A stretch of 64,000 nucleotides of DNA from an uncultured Holophagales bacterium (GTDB taxonomy: Bacteria; Acidobacteriota; Thermoanaerobaculia; Multivoradales; UBA5704): NCBI GenBank assembly GCA_963842525.1, contig CAWJGT010000003.1, forward strand, positions 1,472,001-1,536,000, given 5' to 3'. The translations under genes were made by a program, and so were the position numbers. Under the pieces are notes generated by a model that ran no database searches, was not told the origin of the DNA, and was given only the letters and a program-made list of their open reading frames with translations. Shown piece after piece: positions 32,192 to 41,626 of this stretch; position 1 is the first letter of the stretch, and each line of letters starts with the position of its first letter.

Positions 32192-35100
32192 CTACGACCC
32201 TGATCTGCCCGCTTTGGGAGACATGGCGCCGCGGAGCCAGCCGCCGAGCCGCCGGAGGGCGGAGGGGCGCGGCGCGCTCTCCCGCACCACCCGGGCCAAT
32301 CCCTCCAGCGTGGGACGGGCGAAGAGGTCCGCCACGGGCACCGCATGGCTCCAGCGCCCGGCGATCTGCGCCAGGAGCCGGACCGCCTGCAGCGAGTCGC
32401 CCCCCAAGGCGAAGAAGTCGTCCCGCGAGCTCTCGGGGCGCCGGCCCAGGAGCTTCTCCCAGAGGCCGGCCAGCGCGGCTTCCACCTCGTCCCAGCCCGC
32501 GGCGACGCGGGCCGGCGGCTGCGGCGGGACCGGCAGGGCGGCGAGGTCCACGTCCCCTCCGGCCGTGCGCGGCAGCGCCTCCAGGCGTACGAAGGCGTCG
32601 GGGACGAGGTGCGCGGGCAGGCAGGCGCGCAGATGGCGGCGCAGCTCGTCGTCGGACGGAGCGCGGTCCTCTGGGGCGGCCAGCCAGGCGAGCAGCCGTC
32701 CGCCGGCTGCGGTTCCCTCCCGCCAGGCCACGGCGGCCTCGCGCACCTCCGGATGGCCGGCCAGGGCCGCCTCGATCCGCCGCGGATCGGCGCTGTAGCC
32801 CAGGCATTCGGGGAGCGGCTCCGGCGGGAAGTCGAGGGGCCGGCCGGGGGGCGGGGTCGGAGACGCCTCGTCCCAGCTCTCGGGCTCCCGGGCGAGGCGT
32901 TCGAGCAGACGGCGGTAGCCGGCGAGCAGATCCGGGACCAGTTCTGCAGGGAGGACCTCCTCCACCGCCTGGCAGATCAGGTCCAGCCGCCCATCGTCGC
33001 CTTCCAGGGTGACGCAGAGCAGCAGCACCTGCGGGAGCGAGATCCGCACGTCCGTCTGCGTCAGGTCGATGTCGAAGCGCGGCGCCTCCCCGGCCTCGGT
33101 CTCCGGCTGCCGCGGGGCGGCCGGGGTCTGGTCCACGATGCTGTCGAAGAGCACCGGCAGGAGGGCACGGGCGCCGCAGCCGCGCCGGCGGTTCCATTCG
33201 CGCAGCGCCCGGTAGCCGGGGAAGTGCCGGTGCTCGAGGTCCTCGGCCAGGCGCTGCTGGAGGCGCCGGGCCCGCGTGCGGAACGTCCCCGGCGCGCCGG
33301 CGCCGCCCTCCACCGCCAGCAGGTGCAGACTGGTGAAGGTACCGAGCAGGCGCGAGATCTGCAGGTGGACCTCCGGCCGGTAGACGCCGACCACGCCGAG
33401 CGTGAAACGCGGCGCGGCGCACCATCCGGTCAGCGTCTCGGCGAAGGCGGCGGTCAGCAGGCCGGCCGGGGTGAGCCCCTCCTGGGCGGCGCGCTGCCGG
33501 AGGGAGAGCCAGTCGTCCGCCTCCAGCAGGCGCTGGCGCCGCCACTCGATGCGCGGCACGGTCTCGGGACCGAGGTCGCGCGCCAGCGGCAGGCGGGGTG
33601 GCGGCGGCAGCGCGGGAAGGCGGTCCATCCACCAGGCGCGGCAGCGCTCGTAGGTCGCGGTGGCGCGGAAGCCGTCGATGGCGCGCGCCCAGTCGAGATA
33701 GGAGATCTCCAGGGCCGGCAGCGCGCTCTCGCCGCCGTTGAGGATCGCGATCAGCTCGGAAACGAGAAGGCCGCGCGTGTGGCCGTCCATCAGCAGGGCG
33801 TCGAAGCGGGCGTGGAGACGCACCCGGCCGTTGTCGAGCTGGTGGACGACGATCTCGAAGAGCGGCCAGCGGCCGGCGGCCGGGCGGGCGTAGCGCAGCT
33901 CGTCGCGGACGGCTTCCAGGTGGCGCTCGACGCGCTCAGCCGGCCAGCCGCTCAGGTCCTCCACGCCGACGCTGCAGGCGGGGAGCTCCGCGAGGACCTC
34001 CAGCCGGCCGTCCGGGAGCACGACAGTGCGCAGGAGCTCGTGCCGCGCGACGACCCGCTGCAGGGCCTGCTCCAGGGCCGGGGCGAAGGTCCAGGCCGAC
34101 TCGGGAAATTCGTATTCGATGTAGACGTTCGGGCCGGAGCCGCCGAGGTCGAAGAGGCCGCTGTGGCCGATCCAGAAGACCTCCTGGGCGTCGGTCAGCG
34201 GCACAGGCGCCGCGCGGTCGACCGGTCCCTCGGCGATGCGAGGAACCTCGGGGGCGCTCGTCTTCCTCTCTTCGATGTTCTCGATCTTCTCTGCCAGGCG
34301 GGCAATCGTGCCCGTCTCGTAGAAGGCGCGCAGCGGAAGGTCGATCTGGAAAGCGCTGCGGATCCGCGACACGAGCTGCATGGCCACCAGCGAGTGGCCT
34401 CCCACCTCGAGGAACTCATCGTCGACGCTCACACGCTCCAGAGCGAGCGCTTCGGCCCAGATCCGGGCGAGCAGCTCCTCGGTGGGGGTGCGCGGAGCCA
34501 CGAAGGGGCGCGCGAGGTCCAGCCGGTCGGAGCCCGGCGCGGGGAGTGCGCGCACGTCGAGCTTGCCGTGGACGGTGAGCGGCATATGGTCGAGCGGGAT
34601 CAAGGCGCTCGGTACCATGTAGTCCGGCAGCCGATCCTGGAGCGCGGCACGCACCGAATCGACGAGCCCTTGGAGGCTGCTCCAGGCAAAGCGCTCGTCC
34701 GCGTTCCCGGGGAGGGCCGGCGGTGCCTCCCGGTCCCCGGGCCGCACGGCGAAGACGTTGTACAGCCGGGTCCGCCGCAGCGCCGCGTCCTGCTCGACCG
34801 CCACCCGGAAGCCGCGGCGCTCGAGCATCCCGGTAACCTCGGCCAGGCGCCCGTCGAGGTCGTGGACCTCCACCGCGACTTGGCGGACCCGTGGCCAGTG
34901 CTCCTCGGCCAGGCCGGCGAGGACCTCCATCTCGCTCTTCTCCACGTCGATCTTGAGCAGGTCGATCCGCTCGACCCCCTCCTGCGCAATGACTTGCGAC
35001 AGAGTCTTGAGCTCGCAGTCGACGGTCTGGCTGGTCAGCCGCTCGTCCAGGAGCTCCTCGAGATCGACGCCGTCCGCCTGCGCCTCGCCGTCGATGAGGA

Positions 35101-38100
35101 AGGAGCGGACCACCTCCCGCTCTTCGGCGGCGTCGGCAAAGCGGCCGGAGATGACCGAGACGTGGGGGTAGTAGACGAGCTCGGCGCGGCCCTGGGCGGC
35201 GGCCAGGCCGCACTCGAAGACGCGGGCGTCGAGCCCGTAGAGCTCGGTGTTCAGCCGCAGCGGCTCGCAGACCTGCGGGATGGGCTCGAAGATGTAGTAC
35301 CGGGCGCGGCGCAGGTGGCGGGCCGCCCAGACCGAGAACAGGCCGATGTTGGCCCCCACGTCGAAGATGCAGGCGTCCTCCTCGAGCCGGATGCCGTGGT
35401 GCAGATAGCTCTGCTCCAGGAAGATCTCGCGGTAGAGGAATTCGGTCTCGCTGCGGTTCAGATGGAAGACCGGCATGCCGTTGGGAAGCTCGTGGAGAGG
35501 GCGGCCGTCGGTCCTCCCTTCACGCTCTAGGCGCAGGAGCTGGAGCACCGGCAGGGCGCGGTCGGGCCGCGGCACCAGATAGGCGGCCAGGAGCCGGTCT
35601 CCGTCCGCGCCCTCGCGGGCGACCACCCGCGCCTCGGCGACCGCGGGATGGCGCGCGAGGGCCGCTTCGATCTCGCCCGGCTCGATGCGGAACCCCCGTA
35701 CCTTCACCTGCTGGTCGACCCGGCCGAGGTGCTCCAGGTCCCTCCCGGCGGTGGTGAAGAGGGCCCGCGCCAGGTCGCCGGTGCGGTACAGGCGCCCGCC
35801 GGGCTCCGGGCTCCAGGGGTCCGGGACGAACCGCTCCGCCGTGAGGTCGGGACGGCCGAGATAGCCGCGGGAGAGCCCGCGGCCGGCCACGTGGATCTCC
35901 CCCGGCACGAACGGGAGCGCGAGCTGGCCGTGGCCGTCCAGGACGCAGGTCCGCAGATCGGGGATGGCGACCCCCACGACGCTGCCGGATCCGTCCGCGA
36001 GGTCCGCCGCGGCGAGCGGCCGCCAGGTGACGTGCACGGTCGTCTCGGTGATGCCGTACATGTTGACCAGCCGGGGGCGCTCGTCGCCATGGCGCTCGAA
36101 CCAGGGGGCCAGGGACTGGAGGTCCAGGGCTTCGCCGCCGAAGATCACCCAGCGCAGGGCCAGATTCCTGGGGGAGGCCGCCTCCCGTTCCGCCTGGACG
36201 AGCTGGCGGAACGCCGAGGGCGTCTGGTTGAGCACCGTCACCCGCTCGCTTTCGAGGAGCGCGAGGAACACGTCCGGCGACCGGCTCACCCAGAACGGCA
36301 CGACCACCAGCCGGCCGCCATAGGCGAGGGCTCCCCAGACCTCCCAGACCGAGAAGTCGAAGGCGGAGGAGTGGAAGAGGGTCCAGACGTCGTCGGGGGA
36401 GAAGCCGAACCAGGGCTCGGTGGCGGTGAGCAGGCGGGCGGCGTTGCCGTGGGTGACCACCACCCCCTTGGGCCGGCCGGTCGAGCCGGACGTGTAGATC
36501 ACGTAGGCGGCGTTGCCAGCCCGCGGCTCCCCCGGACCGGCGGGGAGCGGCTCGCCGCTCTCTGTCTCGATGGCGGCGCGGTCTGCTTCGAGATCGACCA
36601 CCGCGAGGCCTCCGGCCGCGGGCAGGCGGTCGCGCACGTGCGGCTCGGTGACCAGCACGCGGCTCACGCAGTCGGCGAGCAGGAAGGCGAGCCGCTCGGA
36701 CGGGTAGTCGGGATCCAGGGGAACGTAGGCGGCGCCCGCCTTGAGGATGCCGAGGAGGCCCACCACCATCCCGGGAGAGCGGCCGACGCAGAGCGCCACC
36801 CGGCTCTCCGGCCCCACGCCCAGGCGCACCAGGAAGCGGGCGAGCCGGTTGGCGCGGCGGTCGAGCTCGCCGTAGGTGAGGGCCTGCCCCTCGCCGCGGA
36901 CCGCCTCGGCGTTGGGACGGCGCGCCGCCGTGGCCTCGAACCAGCGATGCAGGAGAGGCGGATCGGAGGCCCCGAGGGCCTCTGCGCCATCCAGGAGCTG
37001 CCGGCGCTCCGCGTCGAGGAGCAGAGCGACCTCCTCGTAGCGCGCGTCGGGCGCGGAGGCGAAGCTGGCCAGAGCCGCCTCGTAGCGGCGCACGGCCGCG
37101 CTCATCTGGTCGGGATGGAGCTCGGCCCGGTCGTACTGAAGGCGCAGAAGGAGGTGGGAGCCGAAGGGGTCGAGGTTGAAGCTCGCCATGTAGGTGAAGT
37201 TGATCTCCTCGTGGTACGTGCCGCCCAGGGTGCTGATCTCCGGGAACTGCTCCAACCCCTGGTAGATGTGGAAGTGCACGTACCCGAACGCCGCCTCGTA
37301 GAGCGGCCGGCCGCCCATTTCGCGCTGGAGGTCCACCATGGGATACCGCCGGTGCGGGAGCATTCCGCTCTCCGCCTCGAAGGCCTGCCGCGCCAGCTCC
37401 CGCCACGTGCCTCCGGCAAGGCGCAGGCGGACGGGAGGCGTGTTGAGGAAGAGGCCCAGCACCCGCTCGCCCTCGTCCTCTTCGAGCCGGCCGTTGCTGA
37501 CCATGCCGCTGACCACCTCCTCGGACCCGGAGAGCACCGACAGCACCCGCGAATGGGCGGCGAGGAGCACGCTCTTCAAGGGCAGGCCGGAGGCGCGGGA
37601 GAGGGCCCGCAGGTCCTCGCTCAGCCCGGGCGGCAGCGGCACCTCCACGAGCCCGGCGCCGCGCTCTCCCTGCCGGCCCGGCAGGGGGTGCCAGCGGGCG
37701 ATGGGCGAGACCCTGGCGCCGGCGAGGAGATCGCGCCAGTATCTGCGGCTGTCCTCGGAGGCCGCGGCCTGGCGTTCGAGCGCCACGAACTGCCGGTAGG
37801 AGCCGCCCGTTCCCAGCGCGGGAGGCTCGTCCCCCCGGAGCAGGGCCAGGTAGGTCCGGAACAGCTCCGCCATCAGCGTCGCCACGCTCCAGCCGTCGAG
37901 GATGGCGTGGTGGAAGCTCATGGAGAGCTGAAAGCTCTCTTCGCTCCGCCGGTCGATGCGGAAGCGCGCCAGGGGGGCACAGGCCCATTCGAAGGGCCGC
38001 CGCTTCTCCTCCTCGGTCCAGGCCGCCAGGGCCTCCTCCTGCCGCCCGGGGTCGAGGGCGCGCAGGTCCCCGAATTCCAGATCGAGCCCCACCTCGCGCT

Positions 38101-41100
38101 GCACGAGCTGGAGGGGCTCGCCGAAGCTGATCATGTCGAACGAGGTGCGCAGCACCGGGTGAGCGGTCACGACGTGCTCGAAGGCGCGGCGGAGCAGCCC
38201 GCTGTCGAACGGCGCGCGGAGATGGTTGGTGTAGATGTCGTGATAGACGGCGCTCTCCGGGGTGAGCTCGCTGTGGAAGAGCATGCCCGCCTGCAGGCGC
38301 GAGAGGGGGTAGGCATCCTCGACGCCCGCGGGCATACGCTCCCTCTCCTCCGCCGTCACCAGATCGAACGGCGCGGTCCGGAGCGGCGGCTCTGCTGCGA
38401 GGCTGGCGGCGCGGGCCAGGTCCCGCACGGTCTGATGCTGGAAGAGCTGCTGCAGGGTCAGGTGCATCCCCGTCTGCCGGACGCGGGAGAGGAGGCGGAT
38501 GCTCAAGATCGAGTCGCCGCCCAGGGCGAAGAAGTTGTCGAGCGCGCCGACCCGGTCGAGACCGAGGACCTCGGCCCAGAGGCTCGCGAGGATCTCCTCG
38601 CGGGCGGTGGCCGGGGGCTCGTAGGCGGTCTCCGGCGTTGCCGGGTCCGGGGCGGGAAGGGCCCGGCGGTCGAGCTTGCCGTTGGGCGATAGCGGCAGGG
38701 CGTCCAGCCGCACGCAGGCGGCGAGCAGCATGTAGTCGGGAAGCCGCTCGGCGGCGAAGCGGCGCAGGGTCTCCAGCGAAGGGGAGCGGTCCGGCGCGGG
38801 GACGATGTAGGCCACCAGCCGCTTCGTGCCGCCGTCCTCGCGGGCGAGCACCACGGCCTCGCGCACCTCCGGGTGCTCCGCCAGCACGCTCTCGACCTCG
38901 CCCAGCTCGATGCGGAAGCCGCGCACCTTGACCTGGTGGTCGATCCGCCCCAGGTACTCGATGGCGCCGTCGATCCGGGTGCGGGCGAGGTCGCCGGTGC
39001 GGTAGAGGCGGGCTCCCGGCTCGCCCGGGCCGGCGTACGGATCGGGCACGAACCGCTCGGCCGTCAGCGCGGACCGGTCGAGGTAGGCCCGGCCCACGTT
39101 CAAGCCGCCGATGCACAGCTCGCCCGGCACGCCGAGCGGGGCCGTCCGCCCACCCGTGTCGAGCAGGTGAATGCGGGTGTTGGCGATCGGGCGGCCGATC
39201 GGAACCGGCGTCCGGGCACCGGCGCAGCTCCAGCGCGTGACGTCGACGGCGGCCTCGGTCGGACCGTAAAGGTTCTCCAGACGGGCCGCCGGCAGGCGTT
39301 CGCCGCACCGCCGCGCGAGCTCGGCCGGGAGAGCCTCGCCGCTCGCCACGACCAGCCGGAGGGTCCTGCAGGCCGGGAGATCCGCCTCCTCCAGGAAGGC
39401 CTGGAGCATGGACGGGACGAAGTGCAGCACCGTGACTCCTTCGGCCCGGATCAGGCCGGCCAGATAGGCGGGGTCGCGGTGACCGCCCGGCCGCGCCAGG
39501 ACCAGCCGGGCGCCGGCGAGCAGCGGCCAGAAGAGCTCCCAGACCGAGACGTCGAAGCTGAACGGGGTCTTCTGGAGCACCGTGTCCGCCGGGGTCAGGC
39601 GGTAGGCGTCCTGCATCCAGACCAGGCGGTTGACGATCGCCCGGTGGTGCACCATGGCCCCCTTGGGCCGCCCCGTGGAGCCGGAGGTGTAGATCACATA
39701 GGCGAGCCCCGAGCCGCCGGCCGGAACCTCGGGACCAGGCTCCGCGGTCTCCTCGAAGGCATCGAGGCAGAGCACCGGCCCGGCGAACGGGGGCAGCGAC
39801 GGCAGCAGCCGCTCCTGGGTCAGAAGGGCCGCCGGCCGGGAGTCCTCCAGCAGATAGGCCAGCCGGTCGCGCGGGTAGTCGGGGTCGAGGGGCACGTAGG
39901 CGGCCCCGGCCTCGAGAGTGCCGAGGAGGGCGACCATCAGCTCGGCGGATCGCTCCATGGCGATCCCCACCCGGCTCTCGGGGCCGCAGCCCAGGGCACG
40001 CAGGCGGGCGGTGAGCGCGCGGGCGCGGCTCCCGAGCTCCGCCCAGGTCAGGCCGCGGCCTTCGAACGTGACGGCCACGGCCCCGGGGGTCCGCCGCTCC
40101 TGCGCGGCCACGAGCCCGTGCAGCGAGGGCTCCCCGGAAAGCTCGGGATAGCCCGAGAGGGTGTCGTTCCACTCGCGCTCGACCTGGTGGGCCTCGGCGG
40201 CGGAGAGCAGGGGCAGGGCCGACAGCGGGAGCAGGGGTTGGGCGGCGGCCGCTGCCACCAATGCCTCGAAGCGGCGGGCGAACCGCTGTGCCGTCGGCGG
40301 ATCGAACAGGTCGGTGCGGTACTCCAGGTCCCCTTCGATGCCACGCGGCCCCTCCATGAGGATGAGATGGAGGTCGAACTGCGCCGTGCGCACCTCGAAG
40401 CCGTAGGGGCTCAGGGCCAGGCCGTCCGGCCTCTCACCCCCTGCCGCCGGCAGGTTCTGGAAGGTGAGCACCACCTGGAACAGCGGGCTGCGCGACAGAT
40501 CCCGGGGGAGGTCGAGGGCGTCCACCAGCTTCTCGAACGGCAGGTCCTGGTGCGTGCCGGCATCCATCACCATGGCGCGGATCCGCGGCAGGAGATCCTG
40601 GAAGAGGGGGTCGCCCGCGAGGTCGAGGCGCAGCACCAGGGTGTTGACGAAGAACCCGATGAGGCTCTCGATCTCTGGGCGGTTGCGGCCCGCGACGGGA
40701 GTGCCGATCAGAAGGTCCTCCTGTCCGGTGGCGCGCAGCAACAGGGTGCCGAACGCCGCCGCCAGGGCCATGAACGGCGTGGCACCGCACGCGCGGGCGA
40801 CCTCGCGGAGGGCCGCGGCGGTGGCGGCCGGCACGGCCACGGGCTCGCGGCGGCCGTGGAAGGTCTGCACCGGGGGGCGCGGCCGGTCGGCCGGCAGCTC
40901 CAGGGCGGTGGGGGCGCCCGCCAGGCGCTCCCGCCAGAAGCGCAGGTGCGACTCCAGCACCTCTCCCTGGAGGTGGCCCCGCTGCCATTCGGCGAAGTCC
41001 GGGTACTGGATCGGCAGCTCCGGCAGCGGCGATGGGAGCCCGGCGGCGTAGAGCGTGGTCAGCTCGCGCACCAGGAGGCCCATCGACCAGCCGTCGGAGA

Positions 41101-41626
41101 CGGCGTGGTGCATACCCAGGACGAGGACATGCTCGTCCGTACCCAGGCGCAGGAGGAGCGGCACGAAGAGGGGTCCGCGCGCAAGATCAAATGGCTGGAG
41201 GCGCAGCGCGCCGGCCAGGCGGGCCATCTCGGCCGCGCAGGCGGCCTCGGGAAGCGCCGCGAGGTCGGCCCGCGGCAGCCCCGTCCCTGTCCAGGGTTGG
41301 ACGGCCTGGACCGGCTCTCCGTCCGTGGCCGGAAAGGTGGTGCGCAGCGCCTCGTGCCGGCGGACGACCTCGGCCAGGGCGCGCTGGAGAGCCGGTCCGT
41401 CGAGATCGCCGCGGAGGTGAACCGCTTCCATCAGGTTGTAGGCCGGGCTTACCGGGTCGAGCTGGTGCAGGAACCAGAGCCGCTGCTGGCCGAAGGAGAG
41501 GCGGGCCGGCCCGGTCCCGGCGCGGCGGGGGATCCGCTGCGGCGCCTCGGCGGCGAAGCCTTCCTTGCGCAGGAGCCGGGCGCGCAGCAGGCGCCGCTTG
41601 TCGGAGGTGGACAGGGCCTCGGTCAT
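32192..41626 (-). CDS. NRPS: C-A(Ser)-T-C(modAA-type)-A(Thr, FkbM-type MT inserted)-T-Cy-(A-sub remnant)-T
   Basis: The true start MTEALSTSDKRR at 41626 overlaps the upstream stop (ATGA). Motifs in order: HHAVSDGW; FDVSVWE/HFVPSML/EAAVDV; GGDSI; HHAILDGW/PLKSVLLAAH; FDFSVWE/NQTPS/MYGITETTVHV; DVGANIG/KIDVE; GGHSL; PLTDAQEVFWIG/DALLMD; GGDSL. Confidence 0.93.
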   Translation of the reverse strand: MTEALSTSDKRRLLRARLLRKEGFAAEAPQRIPRRAGTGPARLSFGQQRLWFLHQLDPVSPAYNLMEAVHLRGDLDGPALQRALAEVVRRHEALRTTFPATDGEPVQAVQPWTGTGLPRADLAALPEAACAAEMARLAGALRLQPFDLARGPLFVPLLLRLGTDEHVLVLGMHHAVSDGWSMGLLVRELTTLYAAGLPSPLPELPIQYPDFAEWQRGHLQGEVLESHLRFWRERLAGAPTALELPADRPRPPVQTFHGRREPVAVPAATAAALREVARACGATPFMALAAAFGTLLLRATGQEDLLIGTPVAGRNRPEIESLIGFFVNTLVLRLDLAGDPLFQDLLPRIRAMVMDAGTHQDLPFEKLVDALDLPRDLSRSPLFQVVLTFQNLPAAGGERPDGLALSPYGFEVRTAQFDLHLILMEGPRGIEGDLEYRTDLFDPPTAQRFARRFEALVAAAAAQPLLPLSALPLLSAAEAHQVEREWNDTLSGYPELSGEPSLHGLVAAQERRTPGAVAVTFEGRGLTWAELGSRARALTARLRALGCGPESRVGIAMERSAELMVALLGTLEAGAAYVPLDPDYPRDRLAYLLEDSRPAALLTQERLLPSLPPFAGPVLCLDAFEETAEPGPEVPAGGSGLAYVIYTSGSTGRPKGAMVHHRAIVNRLVWMQDAYRLTPADTVLQKTPFSFDVSVWELFWPLLAGARLVLARPGGHRDPAYLAGLIRAEGVTVLHFVPSMLQAFLEEADLPACRTLRLVVASGEALPAELARRCGERLPAARLENLYGPTEAAVDVTRWSCAGARTPVPIGRPIANTRIHLLDTGGRTAPLGVPGELCIGGLNVGRAYLDRSALTAERFVPDPYAGPGEPGARLYRTGDLARTRIDGAIEYLGRIDHQVKVRGFRIELGEVESVLAEHPEVREAVVLAREDGGTKRLVAYIVPAPDRSPSLETLRRFAAERLPDYMLLAACVRLDALPLSPNGKLDRRALPAPDPATPETAYEPPATAREEILASLWAEVLGLDRVGALDNFFALGGDSILSIRLLSRVRQTGMHLTLQQLFQHQTVRDLARAASLAAEPPLRTAPFDLVTAEERERMPAGVEDAYPLSRLQAGMLFHSELTPESAVYHDIYTNHLRAPFDSGLLRRAFEHVVTAHPVLRTSFDMISFGEPLQLVQREVGLDLEFGDLRALDPGRQEEALAAWTEEEKRRPFEWACAPLARFRIDRRSEESFQLSMSFHHAILDGWSVATLMAELFRTYLALLRGDEPPALGTGGSYRQFVALERQAAASEDSRRYWRDLLAGARVSPIARWHPLPGRQGERGAGLVEVPLPPGLSEDLRALSRASGLPLKSVLLAAHSRVLSVLSGSEEVVSGMVSNGRLEEDEGERVLGLFLNTPPVRLRLAGGTWRELARQAFEAESGMLPHRRYPMVDLQREMGGRPLYEAAFGYVHFHIYQGLEQFPEISTLGGTYHEEINFTYMASFNLDPFGSHLLLRLQYDRAELHPDQMSAAVRRYEAALASFASAPDARYEEVALLLDAERRQLLDGAEALGASDPPLLHRWFEATAARRPNAEAVRGEGQALTYGELDRRANRLARFLVRLGVGPESRVALCVGRSPGMVVGLLGILKAGAAYVPLDPDYPSERLAFLLADCVSRVLVTEPHVRDRLPAAGGLAVVDLEADRAAIETESGEPLPAGPGEPRAGNAAYVIYTSGSTGRPKGVVVTHGNAARLLTATEPWFGFSPDDVWTLFHSSAFDFSVWEVWGALAYGGRLVVVPFWVSRSPDVFLALLESERVTVLNQTPSAFRQLVQAEREAASPRNLALRWVIFGGEALDLQSLAPWFERHGDERPRLVNMYGITETTVHVTWRPLAAADLADGSGSVVGVAIPDLRTCVLDGHGQLALPFVPGEIHVAGRGLSRGYLGRPDLTAERFVPDPWSPEPGGRLYRTGDLARALFTTAGRDLEHLGRVDQQVKVRGFRIEPGEIEAALARHPAVAEARVVAREGADGDRLLAAYLVPRPDRALPVLQLLRLEREGRTDGRPLHELPNGMPVFHLNRSETEFLYREIFLEQSYLHHGIRLEEDACIFDVGANIGLFSVWAARHLRRARYYIFEPIPQVCEPLRLNTELYGLDARVFECGLAAAQGRAELVYYPHVSVISGRFADAAEEREVVRSFLIDGEAQADGVDLEELLDERLTSQTVDCELKTLSQVIAQEGVERIDLLKIDVEKSEMEVLAGLAEEHWPRVRQVAVEVHDLDGRLAEVTGMLERRGFRVAVEQDAALRRTRLYNVFAVRPGDREAPPALPGNADERFAWSSLQGLVDSVRAALQDRLPDYMVPSALIPLDHMPLTVHGKLDVRALPAPGSDRLDLARPFVAPRTPTEELLARIWAEALALERVSVDDEFLEVGGHSLVAMQLVSRIRSAFQIDLPLRAFYETGTIARLAEKIENIEERKTSAPEVPRIAEGPVDRAAPVPLTDAQEVFWIGHSGLFDLGGSGPNVYIEYEFPESAWTFAPALEQALQRVVARHELLRTVVLPDGRLEVLAELPACSVGVEDLSGWPAERVERHLEAVRDELRYARPAAGRWPLFEIVVHQLDNGRVRLHARFDALLMDGHTRGLLVSELIAILNGGESALPALEISYLDWARAIDGFRATATYERCRAWWMDRLPALPPPPRLPLARDLGPETVPRIEWRRQRLLEADDWLSLRQRAAQEGLTPAGLLTAAFAETLTGWCAAPRFTLGVVGVYRPEVHLQISRLLGTFTSLHLLAVEGGAGAPGTFRTRARRLQQRLAEDLEHRHFPGYRALREWNRRRGCGARALLPVLFDSIVDQTPAAPRQPETEAGEAPRFDIDLTQTDVRISLPQVLLLCVTLEGDDGRLDLICQAVEEVLPAELVPDLLAGYRRLLERLAREPESWDEASPTPPPGRPLDFPPEPLPECLGYSADPRRIEAALAGHPEVREAAVAWREGTAAGGRLLAWLAAPEDRAPSDDELRRHLRACLPAHLVPDAFVRLEALPRTAGGDVDLAALPVPPQPPARVAAGWDEVEAALAGLWEKLLGRRPESSRDDFFALGGDSLQAVRLLAQIAGRWSHAVPVADLFARPTLEGLARVVRESAPRPSALRRLGGWLRGAMSPKAGRSGS

